Assembly: GCA_013239625.1 (NCBI GenBank)
Contig: MU053934.1
Location: 3,738,399-3,802,398 of the forward strand
Reading direction: 5' to 3'
DNA: 64,000 nt
DNA from: Lama guanicoe
Lineage: Eukaryota
In this document: in pieces, positions 10,480-24,500 of the stretch
How the letters are laid out: each line of letters opens with the position of its first letter
Numbering within the stretch: the first letter of the stretch is position 1
The notes under the pieces: generated by a model
The model's input: the letters and a program-made list of their open reading frames with translations, nothing else
Databases searched by the model: none
What the model was told of the DNA's origin: nothing
Position numbers and translations under genes: made by a program

Positions 10480-12860
10480 AAAATACCAGCAAAACAAATC
10501 CAGCAATGAATAAAAAGTATACGTACATCAGGACAGAATTGAGTTTATCCTGGAAAAGGGTAGTTTTACATTAGAAAATCTATGCACCAGAAATTAACAC
10601 AACGTTGTAAACTGACTATACTTCAATTAAGAAAAAAGAGAAAGTCTATAGAGCCATTCCTCCCTTTAATAAATTAAGAGAGAAAGTCATATGATCATCT
10701 TGGCAGTGGCAAGAAATCTCAGCATCTACTTCTGATAAAAAATGTTTTATAAAACTTGGGATAGAAAGAAACTTCCTTCAACTGATAAAGATTATCTACA
10801 AAACCAGCACAAACATAGTTCTTAAAGGAGCAACAGACACGTTCCTTAAAACTGGGGACAAGTTTGATTTCATCCATGCCTCTATTTAACATTGTACCTG
10901 TAGTTTTGGCTGTAAGAACCTCATGTCTAAGCAGTAAGACATAAAAAACCACAAACAAACAATAAAAACAAAGTGTAAGAATTGCAACAGAAAACAAAAC
11001 TGGCAATATTTGCAGGTGATGTGATTGTCTACATAGAGAACCCAAAATAATCTACAGACAGATGATGAGAACTATGAAAGAGATTTAGCAGAGACAGATA
11101 TAGGCTACTCCTATATCAAATCAATACTCAAAACCAATTGCAGCCGCGGTATGTGGGTGAACCGTGAAAACATGGCTAAGTGAAAGAGGCCAGGCACAAA
11201 AGTTCACGAATTATGATTCCATTGATAGGAAATGTTTAGAAAAGCCTGATGGTCACCAGGGGCTGGGGAGAAGGGGAGTGGGGACTGTCTGCTAATGTGG
11301 ATAGATCTCTTGTGGGTGATGAAAATATCCTAGAATTAGACAGAGGTGGTGGTTGTACAACCTTGTGAACATACACTGAAATGCACACTTTAAAATGGTG
11401 AATTTCATGGTGTGTAAATTATATCCATAAAAGGCAATTGTATTTATAAACATCAAAGCGAACAAAATATAATCTTTAAAGATCCTCCGTTTACAGTAAC
11501 AACAAAAATTGAATCTAATAATATTTACAGAGAAAAGTGTAAAATGTTACTGAGGTCCAGCCATGCTGGAAAATAGCTTGGTAGTTTCTTAAAAAGCAGA
11601 ACTTTCACTCACCATATGACCAGTAACCACACTCCTGGGCATTTTTTACAGAGAAACAAAAGCTCACCCAGAATGACATATGCATATGACTGTACACGCA
11701 GCTTTATTTGTAATCATTAAAAATTGCAAACAACCTAAATGCCTTTCAGTGAGTGAATGGTTAAACAGACTGCCACCTCCAGACCACAGAATACTACTTG
11801 GCAATACAAAGGAATTAACTATCAATACGTGCCACCATCTGGAAGGAGCTCAAGGGAATTACGCTTTGTGAAAAGAGCCTGTCTCGATAGGCTGTGTGCT
11901 GTGGGCTTCATTAATGTGATGTTCCCAAAATGACAACACTGGTGGAGCACAGATTAGCGGCTGGAGGAGTTGGGAAGGGGAGGGGGAGATGGGTGTTGCC
12001 ATAAATGAGTAGCACTAGGGATCTTGTGTGACCGTCCTGTATCTTGAGTGTAGTTGTGATTATATGAATCTGCACAGGTGATGAAATTGCATGGACACCC
12101 CCCCAACACACAAACACACACACACATGAATGCACGTAAAACTAGTGAAATCTGAACAAGGTCTGTGGATGGTACTGATGTCAATTTCCTGGTTTTGGTA
12201 CAGTGCGAAGGTTATGTAAGATGTCACCGCTGGGAAAACTACTATTTTTGCAACTTCCTGTCAACCTATAATTATTTGAAAACAAAAAGTAAGACCAAAA
12301 AAATTACTGGAAGACATTAAAGAAAACCCTAAAGATTTGAAAATAACCAGTGCTGGGATGGGAGGAGGGGCAGGGAGTGGAGAGTTTTGCGGCTGAAAAT
12401 GCAGTAGCCATGAGGAATAATTAGTGAGGCTTGGTGCTGAGGAAAAGAGCTTCCTTCTCCTCTTTTCTCTAATTTGGTACATTTGAAAAAGCAAAAAAAA
12501 AAAAAAAAAAGGGTGAAATAAATGCAGAGAGACAGCCATTCACTTTCGTAAGGAGATTCAATATCATAAAGATGTCAGCTCTTCCCAAATTAATGTCTAG
12601 ATTCAATTCAGTCCTGATCAAACCCCACAGGGTTTTGGTGGAGCTTGTCAAGCTGATCCTAAAAGCACTAAGAAAGGGCAAAGCATTAGGAATAGCTGAA
12701 ACACTCCTAAAAAATAAAGTAGGGACCCTGCCTTGCCAGTTAGCAATACTTCTCATAAAGCTCTAGTAATCTGGTCAGCGTGGTATTTACTGGTGCAAGA
12801 TGGACAGCTAGGCTGATGGAGCAGAACAGAGAGCCTGACACAGACCTGACGCGTATGGAT
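10480..12860 (+). mobile_element. Cluster of degraded L1M fragments (ORF2 and 3'UTR pieces) with a small young L1 tail at ~10584-10638
   Basis: A-rich L1 ORF2-like and L1MB/MC 3' end motifs; nested tail flanked by AGAAAATCTAT/AGAAAGTCTAT. Boundaries approximate. Confidence 0.75.
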
Positions 12861-13994
12861 ACTGAGGGCGGGTATGTGGCAGGTTGTGGGGGGAGGGAGA
12901 AGGCATGTCACAGCTGCATCACATGTCATCCTTCTGCCTTCCTGTGGATCTGGCTTTGCCCTTAGCATTCCAAGATGCCCGTTTCACACTTGGTGGAGCT
13001 CAAAGAGGGCCAGCAAGGCTCAAGGTCTTCTGGCTCTGGTCTCAGGCTCTTTCCAAAGAGGGGTCCCACCCGGCCTCCCAGCCCCATGTCTGAACCGTGG
13101 GCCCCGAAGCTGGACCTGTTGATTCATAATCTCTGGGGTGTCGTAGTATCTGCATGGTTATTAACGTCCCACTTGAGTTGGAGAACCCTTGACTTGGAGA
13201 AAGAGAGAAAATGACAGAGGGGGAGCGAGAGAAAAGGAAACAGAAAGAGAGCAAAAGTCAATCTCCACAGCCAGCATGGTGGTGCTGCCAGGGGTGGGGA
13301 ACAATCAGGCTCTGTCCATCTCCCTCCACCCCCAGGCTCCCATCGGCTTTCATCACTGACCTAACCCAGGGGGCAGAGCACTAGGTGGGGGTGGGGAGGA
13401 GGGAAGGTCAGGGGTCAGCCCATTACATGCCAAGCAGAGCCAGGAATAGAGCCACTTTGGGGGTGGCTGGGGAACTCGGGGGCCCCATGCAAGCCCACAT
13501 CCCACCTCTAGCCGGAGGCAGCAGACTGGAGGAGGCAGTTGAGAAGAGAGAAGGGAGCTACCCACGTAATGAGTGTGTCTCCATCAAAGCTAGGAATGGG
13601 TTTCTGGAAGGATGCAAATGCCTTAGAGCGATGCTAATCCCCCTCCTCACCCACTGCTGCCCCAGTGGGAGAGGCTTCCCTGTCCCTGGGGAGATCTGGC
13701 TCCCACCAGAACAGGGCTCCTTTCTGCCTCCCCAGCCCAGCTTCCCCACTTTGCTTTGGACTTGGGGGAGGGGGAGGCAATGCCCCCACCTGTACGCCAG
13801 GCTTCTCTGGCTCCCTCAGTTGTAGCCTGTGTGCTCCAGCCAACACATCAATCTGACTGCTCTGTCCCGCTTTTGCTAGTCTCCTGTGGCTCCTCAGTGC
13901 CAGACTGGTAGAATCAGGGGTCCTGATTCTGAAATTGGAGGCCTCCACCATCTCTGACCACTGCCTGGTCTCTGGGCTCCTGCTCCCGGTGACA

Positions 13995-14560
13995 GTTATT
14001 CATTCATTCATCAGATATGCATTGGATGTTCTACGTGCCAGGCACCATGCCAGGGCTTGGCAATAGAGGTGTGACCTAACCAGGCCAGGTTCCTGCCCTC
14101 AGGGAACTTGCAGTTTGGAGAGACAAAGAAGCTGGTGAACACGCCGACAAACAAATGTGTAACCCCAGACTGTCAGGCGGGAGATGAGCGGATGTTCTGA
14201 AGGAGATTAGCCAAGGGCTATATTTTTTTGCTGGTGCTCACAGAGGACTTCCTGGAGAAGTGACATGTAAGTAGAGATGGATGAAGTGAGGGAGTGAGCA
14301 TACCTATGGGAAAAATGTTCCAGGCAGGGGGAGCTATAAGAGTAAAGGCCGTGAGGTGGAAACATTTCAGTGTGTTCCAGGAACAGCAAAAGGCCAGAGG
14401 CCCTGGAACAGAATGTGAACAGGGAGGAAGGGTGGGGCCATGTGCTGGAGGAGCAGCCGGGCCCTGATCTGTAGGTCAGGACCTGGGGGTTATCCTGCGT
14501 GTGAAGGGAAGATGTTGGAGGGGTTTGGGCAGGGAGGGTAGAGGTCTGACTTAAATTTAA
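13995..14560 (-). mobile_element. L2 3' end fragment
   Basis: TTCATTCATTCATC...TACGTGCCAGGCACCATGCCAGGGC...TCCTGCCCTCAGGGAACTTGCAGTT. Confidence 0.75.
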
Positions 14561-15827
14561 AATCAACTCTCGGGCTCTTAGGATACCCATTTTACCCACA
14601 GAGACCAAAGCTCAGAGAGGTCAAAGGAGGTTTCCAGGGTCACACAGCTGCCACGGAGCCAATGCTCTGTCCAGTCCACCCACTAGCTCCCATGAGTCCA
14701 TGGCCATGCCTCTTCCCGCTGGGCTCCCCTTTTATTTGCGGGCCTTCCCAAATGCTCTGAAGTGGAGGATGTTAATGGGTCAGTGCCTGCCTCTCCCACT
14801 CCCGTGAGCTCTGGCAGGGCAGGACCTCGCTTTTCTAGTCCCCTGATGTTGAAATGCTCACTACATGTTGGCTGCTAGTATTACTGCTATTATCTGTTTG
14901 CTTTTAAAACTCATGCTCTGAATATCTATGATGATGATGAATTCAACTGAATTCCACCCACCCACCCACCAGGTTCCTTGACCTTTACAGGGGGCTGTGA
15001 TGCCAGCAGTGAGTCAGTGAGGAGTCAGGCCTCGTGCCAGGGCAGCACTGAGGGGTGGGCATGTCAGGCACAGCTCGGCAGGCATGAAAGCAGCCTCACT
15101 CATCGCCTACAGACCACAAAGACTCGTCTCCCCAGCAAGCCCTGAGCTAGGCGGGGCAGTGACAATGACAGGAGTGGAAAAGGTGGGGAACTCTGGTGCC
15201 CCAGAGGTTTTTCTCCCAATGGCCACTGGGTGGCAGCACTTCCCCAGGAATACGGGGTTGAGGGGGGTCAGCTTCTCTTGATTGAATCTGAGGCTAGGAG
15301 CCCCAGGGTTGGAAACTAGGAGGGAACCTACGTCCAGAGAGCAGCTGGGACTTGCCTGGGGTCATACAGCTTTCAGTGTCCGGGTTGGGTCACCTGCCTG
15401 CCTGGACAGACTCGGGCAGGGGGAGTGGGCCAGCGAGTAGTTCTTCCTGTGTTCTGGCCAGCATTTGGTGGTGGCCTCATCATGCCTGTCATTGCCCTCG
15501 CTGCCTGTGTCCCCTGCCATACTGTGATTCTCTGAGGACAGGGGACAGTGCCTTTACCCACTGTTGCCTGCACCAGCTATGTCCTCTTCTTTGGTCACCT
15601 TGCCCGTCTTCTTGGCCCAGGTCCCACCAGCACCTCCTTCAGGGCTCAGCTGAGATGTTTCCTCCAGGAAGCCTTCCCTGGCCTTTGGCCTGGGCAGAAG
15701 CCCCTCCTCTGGGCCCTAAAACATTCTGGTTCCTCCCGGATGGGGAGGCCCCCAGGCAAGAATCATTGGTGTACCTGAACGGGCCCACCCTGAGAATATA
15801 CAGACACTGTACATTCTGAGCCTGTGA

Positions 15828-16005
15828 CCCAGTGGTCCTCAAATTATAGTAGGTATTGAAGCCACTCACAGAGCTTTGTGAAATGCAGCCTCCAAGATCC
15901 CCCCTTTCCTGGAGACTCTGATCTAATAGATCTGAGACACAGCCCAGGAGTCTGCATGGGAGATACTCCCCTGGCAAGTCTGATGCAGGGGCCTGAGCAT
16001 CCTTA
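15828..16005. mobile_element. MER5-like hAT-Charlie MITE
   Basis: CAGTGGTCCTCAAA...GACTCTGATCTAATAGATCTGAG...CCCAGGAGTCTGCAT...TCTGATGCAG. Confidence 0.6.
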
Positions 16006-17749
16006 GGTCCTTTAAGTGTGCCATCGGTCCTGCCCTCTGCAGCAGTTGGGCAAAATGATTATAACGATGAATGATAATAAAACCCTCTGATATTTGTGCC
16101 AAGTGAATCACCCTGGAGGCACTTTCACACCTGTTTATCCTTTGTATCTTCATCTTTACAATTTCTATCTTTGGAGGGAATCATCATCCTGATTTTACAG
16201 GTACCCACCTCAGAGGCAAAGGTCGACTTGCTCAAGAACCCCCAGGTCTGAAACAGTAGAGCTTGGATTCGAGCTGGGGCCATCCCAGCATAATTGATTG
16301 CCAAGTGAGTGAGCCAAATAACAACTGTTTTAGGAGCTCAGAAAAAAAAAAAAGCAAGATTTGTGAGCCAGGATTGTCTGGTAAGGCTGCCTGAAAGAGG
16401 TAGATTAGAGCTGGGTGTGGAAGACAGAGAGGACATGGCAGAAAAGAGGGATCTGGGCATCTCATCCTCACCTGGGAAGAGGGGACTGGAGTGGGCTGGG
16501 GAGTCAAAAGGCTTGAGTGACATCTGTGTCATGTGAATTGTTTACAAAACACTCACACCTGTTTCTCCTTTTTATCTTGACCTTCACAAGTACCTTTGGG
16601 AGAATCGTTGTCCCTAGGCTACAGATACTTAAAGCTTAGGGTCAGGTAGTGACTTGCCCAAGATCCTCCAGCTACAAAATGGCAGAGTCAGGGCATGAGC
16701 TAGGGCTACTGTGAGGTGGAAGAACCACAGTCCATGTTAAATTATCTGGGTCTGGAAACTGCTCATTTTTAAAATCGAAATTCTGGTCTGCAAACAGGGC
16801 TTGGAATTTCCAGCCCTAGCTCTGCTACTGACCATCTGGGAGACAAGGGGCAGTGCCTCTCTGAGCCTCAGTTTCCTTACCTGCACAATGTGGCTGACAA
16901 TATGTGTTCTCCTCTCACAGGGTTAAGGTGGACTTTGAAATCCTGTGAAAGTGATCTGGACTGCAGAGCAGTGGGTACTTGAGAAAGGCATTGCTATTTG
17001 TGGCATTCTGCACAACTGCTGAGACTTGGATTAGCTCCCTAAGGAGGGGTGGGGTGGGGCTCCCATCAGGCCATGGGATTTGTGGATAATATCCTTCTGC
17101 ATCTCTCCTTCCTCTGCTGCCCCTGGGAGGAAGGTGGACAGGCCTGGACCCATGCTGTCTGAATGAAGCAGATGCCAGATCTGGGGCTCTGGGAGCACCA
17201 ACCACCTCCAGGGAACCCACTTTACACAATATCAGTGGCAGCAGAGGTTGGCGGGGAGATCTGGACTCTTCAACTGGGGAGCACTGATGGCGTTTCCTCA
17301 GGTACTTGGGAGCTGTGACCCTCAGTGGGACCCCAGGGGAGCTGCTCCTCAGAACTAAGGAAGGAGATGGGATGTGAGGAGTCTTTCACCAAATACCATA
17401 GGAAGCATCTGCTTCAATGTTCTTAGTTTGCATTTGGAGAAAGGAGGGACGTATAGTTAAGGGAGGGGAATCCAATCTGTCATTAATAGCAGAGCCACTG
17501 AACACAGGTGTGCAGGTGTTAGAAGGGCACTGGGGTAGAAGGCAGGAGTCTCACAGTCGAGATCTGGATCTTATACCAACCGTGCGTGGCTCTGGACAAA
17601 ATCTCTTGCTTTCTCTGGCACTTAGTTTCCTGGTCTGCACAACTCAGATTAGGCTGGCAGCTCGGACACTGTCATTCTATTAGAGGAGTCACAGCACCCC
17701 AGGACGGGTTGCTGAAAGTGTGAAAGGGAAAGTGTCAGGGTTTGTAGTT

Positions 17750-18500
17750 CACTGAACCTTGCGTAAGGTCTCCCTAAAGATGCTTCCGTTGCCACGGCAA
17801 CTGGCCCAGCTGCTTGGTCCCCGGAGTCCCGCTGAGGAAGCTGGGAAGAACCCTGCCCTTACCAAGATGGCGGCGGCCACAGGGCAAGGGGCGGGGTTGA
17901 GCGTCGTCGGCCTGTCCAGGCCTTTACTCTGTTTCCGCTTTTTCATGCTAACGGGGAGCTTCCGTCAATACTTGTTCTCTTTCCTGGTTCTGGGAGCCCC
18001 GGGAGTCAGGGAGGGAAAGGCCGCTTGCAGGGATCGGGGCAAATACCCAGGGCGGGGAGGCGGGACTTCCGCGTCCCTCCGGAAGTGACGCGATAGTCGC
18101 GGCCGCCGACAGGTGGACCGGCAGGTGGGTTCAGGTGCCAGCCTGGCCCAGACCGGCTGTGGGATCGACGCTTCCGGTGAGCGACAGAGGCAGCTCCCAA
18201 GGGCCTGGAGACCCGTGGGTGCGGGCTCTCGAATCTGAGCTCCTCGCCCTAGCCTGGATCCCCCACTGTACCTAGTAAGAATCACCTCCCCCCACACCCC
18301 TAACCCGGGGGCTACCCCTATCTGTCCGAAGGAGAAGTGGGGGGGGGCTTTCTCAGATCGCCGGGGTTGGGGTTGGCATTTCGGCACTTTGGCTCCCTAA
18401 ACCGTGAACTCTTTTCTCTCCCGGATACAGTTCCCCATACCCCTGCCGAGCTGGGCAGTTAGCCAGCCCACCGAAACTCTCGGAACCATGTTTGCAGACT
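17750..18500 (+). promoter_or_regulatory. PICK1: PICK1 CpG-island promoter and non-coding exon 1 (donor after 18176)
   Basis: CpG-dense. RFX X-box GTTGCCACGGCAAC 17788-17801, YY1 CAAGATGGCGGC 17863-17874, GC boxes, ETS/CRE-half CCGGAAGTGACG 18079-18090, donor CCG|gtgagc at 18176/18177. Exact TSS not determinable from sequence. Confidence 0.85.
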
Positions 18501-18528
18501 TGGATTATGACATCGAAGAAGATAAACT
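18488..18528 (+). CDS. PICK1: PICK1 coding exon 1 (gene exon 2; acceptor gives exon start 18431)
   Basis: ACCATG start, MFADLDYDIEEDKL, donor CT|gtgagt. Confidence 0.97.
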
Positions 18529-21500
18529 GTGAGTATTTTGTTACCTCAAGTCCCAGGAGTGCAGGAGCCCCAGGTCCCTCAGGTCCCTGGACTTCCCAGT
18601 TCCACAGACCCTTGCTTTTCAGCAGGGGATTAGGTGTTGTACTGTAGCACAAATGAATCCTGCCCTTCTAGGAGCTTACCATCTGTAGGGGGCTGTGGAC
18701 ACTTTGAAGCATAATTGCAATGCAGGGCCATAAGGGCTAATGGAGAATGACCAGGCTACAAGGAGAGCAGAGCAGACAGAGCAGTGCCTCTGCTGGGGTG
18801 TTCAGGGAAGGCTTCACAGAGGAGGTGGCAGCTGACCATGTTTTGACAGATGAATAGGAATATTATAAACATAACTTCCTCCCCAGCACAGATGATTAAT
18901 GGACAGATTTTCAAAAATTAAGTTAGTCTCCTTATTAGAATATATCCTCCCTCAGAGCAAGGACTGGGTCCAGTGCCTTTCCATGTCCTCAGCACTCAGT
19001 ATGGTGCTCCACATCAGTAGGTTGTTTGTCGAGTGAATAACAGAATAAATGAGACTACCACAAAACATACATAAATGCTAATTTATAGTGAAAACTGAGA
19101 GGTAATTGAGTACAGCAACTGAGAGATGGGTGATGGATAGTTTAACAGGAGAGGGCTTCCTGGAGGAGGTGACCATACTGTTACATATTTGCCTGAGAAG
19201 GTGACAAGGACAGAGTCTGACTCAGATCTTAGAGACAGAATGAAGGAAAGGGAAGGGGGACCTATTTTTTTGGAGTACCTGCTCTGGGCTATGTTGGCGT
19301 TAAGTGCCTTCTGTGTACTTTCTTACAAGAACCTTAATAAAGTAGCCATTTTACGAATGAGGAGACTGAGATGCAGAGAGGGTGACTTACTCATCCAAGT
19401 CCCACAGCTGATAAATGGCAGAGTTGGGATTTGATCCTTCATCGGCTTGACTCCGAGTGCTCTGTGTGTTCCAGCACAAAATGCTGTCTTATGGGCCAAG
19501 TGAGAAAGAGAAAAGGCTTGCAGCATTGGGAGCCTCTTGGGGGTTTTGGAGGGCCTATCCCGGTCCCTGTCCCCTCCAGTCATCCCTCCTCCAGGAGACT
19601 CAGCCTCACATGCTTTTCTCTAGTGGAATCCCTACTGTGCCTGGGAAGGTGACCCTGCAGAAGGATGCCCAGAACCTGATTGGGATCAGCATTGGAGGAG
19701 GAGCCCAGTACTGTCCCTGCCTGTACATCGTCCAGGTACTGAGTGCTTTGGAGGTGGGAGGGAGGTGCTGGAGGGGGCGAGCCACCTCCCAACTTGGGCA
19801 TGTCAAAAGTTTATTTCTCCACTCTGCATGGCTGGCTCCTTTTCATTCTTGAGGTCTGACCTCTTCAGAGAGGCCTCCCAGATACCCCTCTCAGTAGGTC
19901 TACCCTCACTGTCTGTACTAATGGATTTGCTCGTTAGTTCTGTATGTAGCTGCTTTTCCAGACTCTCTGCACTGTGAGGGCAGGATCTCGGTTTGCTTTT
20001 CACTGCAGTCAGCACCGAGTACAATGCCCGGCATATAGTGGACCTTCAATAGAAATGTCCTCAATGAGTCAACAAAACTGTCAGCCTTCCATACTCTCAC
20101 AAGTGAAGTGTAGTGGAAAGACTAAAAGACTGTGAAATGATAATGGCCTGACTTCAAATGCAAGCTTCCCAGCTTGTTAACAAGTTACTTAACCTCTCTG
20201 GCCTCAGTGTCCTCCCCTGGAAAGTGGGGATGTAAAATATGGAGATCTAAGCATCTTTGGGTTGTTGTGGAGATTAAACAAAGTGACATAACACAAGGCC
20301 CAGCCCTTAAGCATCAGTCACTCAATAGCAGCAGCTGTTGTTTTTACTGCAGTTCACTTTCCCAGATGACCTGCCAGTGGTACTGACCAATTCTGTGGTC
20401 CTTATAGAGGAGGCTGCCCTGGCGATACTCTGTCAGCTGTGACTCAGGAGTGGGGACCAGCCTCCTTTACTCTATGGCTGGTTGGAGTTGGCGATCTTTC
20501 TGTAGCTTTGGAAGGAAGCCTGCCACCTCAGACATAAACTTGACCTAGATTTTTACCTGTTCTAACCTTCTCAGCTTAGTGGCCATTGGTGGCAGATGGG
20601 AAATTGCAGCCTCTCTGAGGATCTTGCAAAAGAGTCACTTCTAAGGCCTTGAAGACAGATTCCCTGGGTCTAGTCTTGCTTGCTCAGGGTGTGGCCTTTG
20701 TGAGCTTTTTGGCCTCCTCTGACCCAGGAAGTGTTAGCAAGGCCTCCCCCAGGCTTCTGTCTGCTCAGCCCCTCCTGCCACCTCCCCTACCCCACCTGCT
20801 AGGGACCAGGTTTGTGGTATAAATTGCAATTATAAAATAATCGAATTGATCGTTTTTTAATTTTTTAAAAATTTAAAAAAATTTTATTTTTAATGTTTTT
20901 GGGGGGCAGGTAATTAGGTTTATTTATTAATTTTTTTTAATGGAGGTACTGGGGATTGAACCCAGGACCTTGTGCATTCTAAGCACACACTCTACCACTG
21001 AGCTATACCCTCACCCCTAGAATTGAGTTTTAAAAATTAAATTTTACTTTTAGCAAAGACTGTCTGCTTTGCTTTGAACAAGTCAGGGGTACTAAAAAGT
21101 CAATGTCAAATAAGCAGTCCATTGCTCTACCCTTTCTCACCGCCCTTCCCCCACCCTACCCCCACCCCAGTCCCAGCAGCAACGCTGCTTTCTACCCTTT
21201 TGGCTGTTTATTCAGGTATGAGCTCTCATTTTTCTCAGTAAGATGCTTATCCTGTTATTTCTTGATCTATTGCTTGCAAGCATCTGTCAGCTTTCGTCAG
21301 TCCAGGAGATGAGAATTTAGCTTTATTTTGAAACCACTCAGCCTCCTCTCACTCCATCTTCCCAACATAGTTATCTTGTAAATTTTGGTTAAATCAATAT
21401 CAGTGCAACAGATATATTGGGGAAATATTTTCTGAGGGCCTGGCCAGGCTCTTCTATAGGCACTAGAAAGTTCTTTCTTTCTTTCTTTCTTTTTTTTAAC

Positions 21501-24500
21501 ATTTTTTTATTGAGTTATAGTTGTTTTACAATGTTGTGTCCAATTCTAGTGTGGAGCACAATTTTTCAGTCATACATGAACATGTATATATTCATTGTCA
21601 CATTTTTTTTTCGCTACGAGCTACCACAAGATCTTGTATATTTTTCCCTGTGCTATAGAGTATAATCTTATTTATCTATTCTGCATTTTAAAATCCCAGT
21701 CTGTCCCTTCCCACCCCCCACTCCCTTGGCAACTACAAGTTTGTATTCTATGTCTATAAGTCTGTTTGTTTTGTATTTATGTTTTGTTTGTTTGTTTGTT
21801 TTAGAGATTTCTGATCAAGAAAAGATAAGAAAACTTTCTTATTTCTTAGCAAGAAAACAGACGCCACCCTCAAAGAACTCTAGAATGGTAACATGCTGTT
21901 TTGCACACTGAGCTTAACAGTCTACTGTGGTTGTGCTTTTAAAAAAATATTTTTATTGTGAAATTCACATAACATACAATTAGCGTTTTAAAGTATACAA
22001 TTCAGTGGCATTTAGTGCATTCACTAAAAGCAGCCACCACCTCTCTTTAGTTTCAGAACTTTCTCATCACCCCAGAAGAACAGCTCATGCCCTTTGAGTA
22101 ATCACTTGTTGAAGTTCATTCAAGTTACAGCTGGTTTCAATACTTCACCCTTTTCCTGGCTGAATAGCATTCCATTGTATGGCTAGACCACCATTTGTTT
22201 ATTCACTCATCTGTTGATGGACATTTGGGTTGTTTGTACCTTTTGGCTGCTATGAATAATAACACTGTTGTAAACATGCAGGTACAGTTTCTCTGGACAT
22301 GTGCTTCCATTTCTTTTGGGGTGGAATTGCTGGGTCATATGATTACTCTTTAATTTTTTGAGGAGCCTGTGTTTCTTCTAACTCAATTCTTCCCCGCCCA
22401 TTTTTTTTTGAGTAATTTGTTGTTTTTTCCATTTGCATTCTCCCTGTATTTTAAGTTCATTTTCCTCAGTCAGACATTTCCCATCATCTTTCTGTCCCTA
22501 CTCTTATGTAGTCTTTCCGCTTTGAACCTCCCCTGCCCTCTCCTCCACTGGATTCCCCCATCTCCAGGATCCCTCTCTCTTGGCTTACTCCCCCATCTTG
22601 GTGGAGCCCATCTTCTGTAGCTTTGTGAGAAAGGCTGCGTGGGAGGAGGTAAATTTTTTGAGATCTTGTATCTCTGAAAATACCATTATTTTGTCTTTTT
22701 GTTGTTATTCTCATGTTTCTTTCAGTTGATACCTGAGTGGATCAAATTCAAGAATGACTGTCAACTTTGAAAATCATTTCCATTTAGAAATTTGGTGGCA
22801 TCATTTCATTGTCTTTTGCCAATAGCAGTGTTGTCATGTCTGTTGATGTCAGTCCTACTTGTGATCTTTTATTTGTAGTGTCATTCTTGATCTGTCAAGA
22901 CTCTTAGGCACTTCTTTTTGTCCCTGGCTTTCTGAAGTGTCTTGGCATGAGCCTTTCTCTGTCTGTTGTGCTGGAGCCTCAAAGGGCAGGTTCATCAGGG
23001 AACCCCGTGTTTTCTCTTCTGTGAAAGTCTCACGTGTGATCTCTGATGATGTCCTGGTCGCTGTGTTCTCTGTTCCCTCCTGTGGAACTCCAATTGGTTA
23101 AATGCTGGGCTTCCTGAATTGACCTTCTAATACTCTTTTTCTTTTCTTCTGGTTGCCAGTCTCTTTTCCACTTTCCTCTGCTGGGTTCCCAAAGCTGCTG
23201 TGGCACTTTACATTTCAATTATGTTCTGCATCTCTAAGAGGTCTCTCCTGTTTTCGAATTGATCCTTTTGCATCATCCTGTTCTTGTTTTTCAAATCACT
23301 GTGAAGATGTTCATTATGGTTTTCTTTTTGTTTTTGTGTTGTCCCTGCTTCGTTTCTGTTTCCTGTGGTTCCTTTTTTCTCCTTGAATGTTTGGTGTTTT
23401 CCACATGGGGTGGTTTTTCAAGGGCCCAGTATTTCTTATCTGTCTTTACATTTAAGCATGAGCCCTCACAGTTACCTCAGTGCTTTTAAGTTCTGTGTCC
23501 TGGCCCTGTCAACTGGTGGGTTCCACTGTGGGGCTTTCACACAGAGAGGCCTTTCCTGTGGAGCCATTCTGGGCCAGATCCTCCCTCTAGGCTCCTGAGG
23601 GGAAGGGCGGTGAGCCTGGTTGCTGGCGGTCTAGGGGCTTATGGGGGTTAAGGGGCTGTGGGACTCATTGTTCAATGTGTAAACAGCTCCGAACCCTTAA
23701 CTGCTTCTGTCCAGTGCTTCACCCCCATCTCCCTCGTCCCTGGGCCCCAGAGTTGGGGGCTTCTCTGAGGAATAAACCTCTGTCTTCCCCAGAGACAGAG
23801 TATGGAGGGCTGTGTGGGTGAGGAGGGAGCCTGGACTTGAGTCCATCCCCTTACTTTCTATACCTTGCCTTCCACCCCACTAAGGATGTTTCCAGAAGTC
23901 AGCTTCTGGTGTAACCTCTGCACACACTTGTGTAGACAGTTCTTCCCTTGCCCTGAGCGTTCCCCCACACATCTATCCTTTGTCAGACACATTGACCTCA
24001 CTCAGCCAGTGAGGGCAGACCCCGTGGAAGGAGTCACCTTGGGGGAAGGGGCTTACATGTGCAGTGGGTGGTGGGTCCCCAAGGGGATGGAGAGTAAGTG
24101 CAGGAACTGATAAGAGGTGCTTTGGGGCTCCGAGTCAGCACAGAGCAGCATTGTTGGGGAAATCTAAAGAAATAGCTTTGGAGGAGTAAACACTCTGATG
24201 GGCGTGTAAGGTTTGGTATATTTGAGATCAGAAAAGGAGGGTCTCATCAGTCACATTTACCTCTGGCCCTCCTTCCCCTCCCCCAAGAACACAGGGTCAT
24301 TCATTTCTGGCTGCTCAGGCACTTTCTACCCTGCCCTTCTCCAGCATCGCTTAAGAGATAGAGGTAGAGCCCAGGACAGAGCCGGGTACCAATTAGGGTG
24401 GAGGGAATGACTGTCCCCCACCAGGTTTCTTCTCAGTTTTCCTTTCCTCCCCCTTCCACCCTCCTTTTGCATCCACAGGTGTTTGACAACACCCCAGCAG

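Noticed and set aside
12469..12766. ORFs with L1 ORF2-like words (MSALPKLMSRFN...)
   Set aside because: Decayed L1 remnant, not a functional gene.
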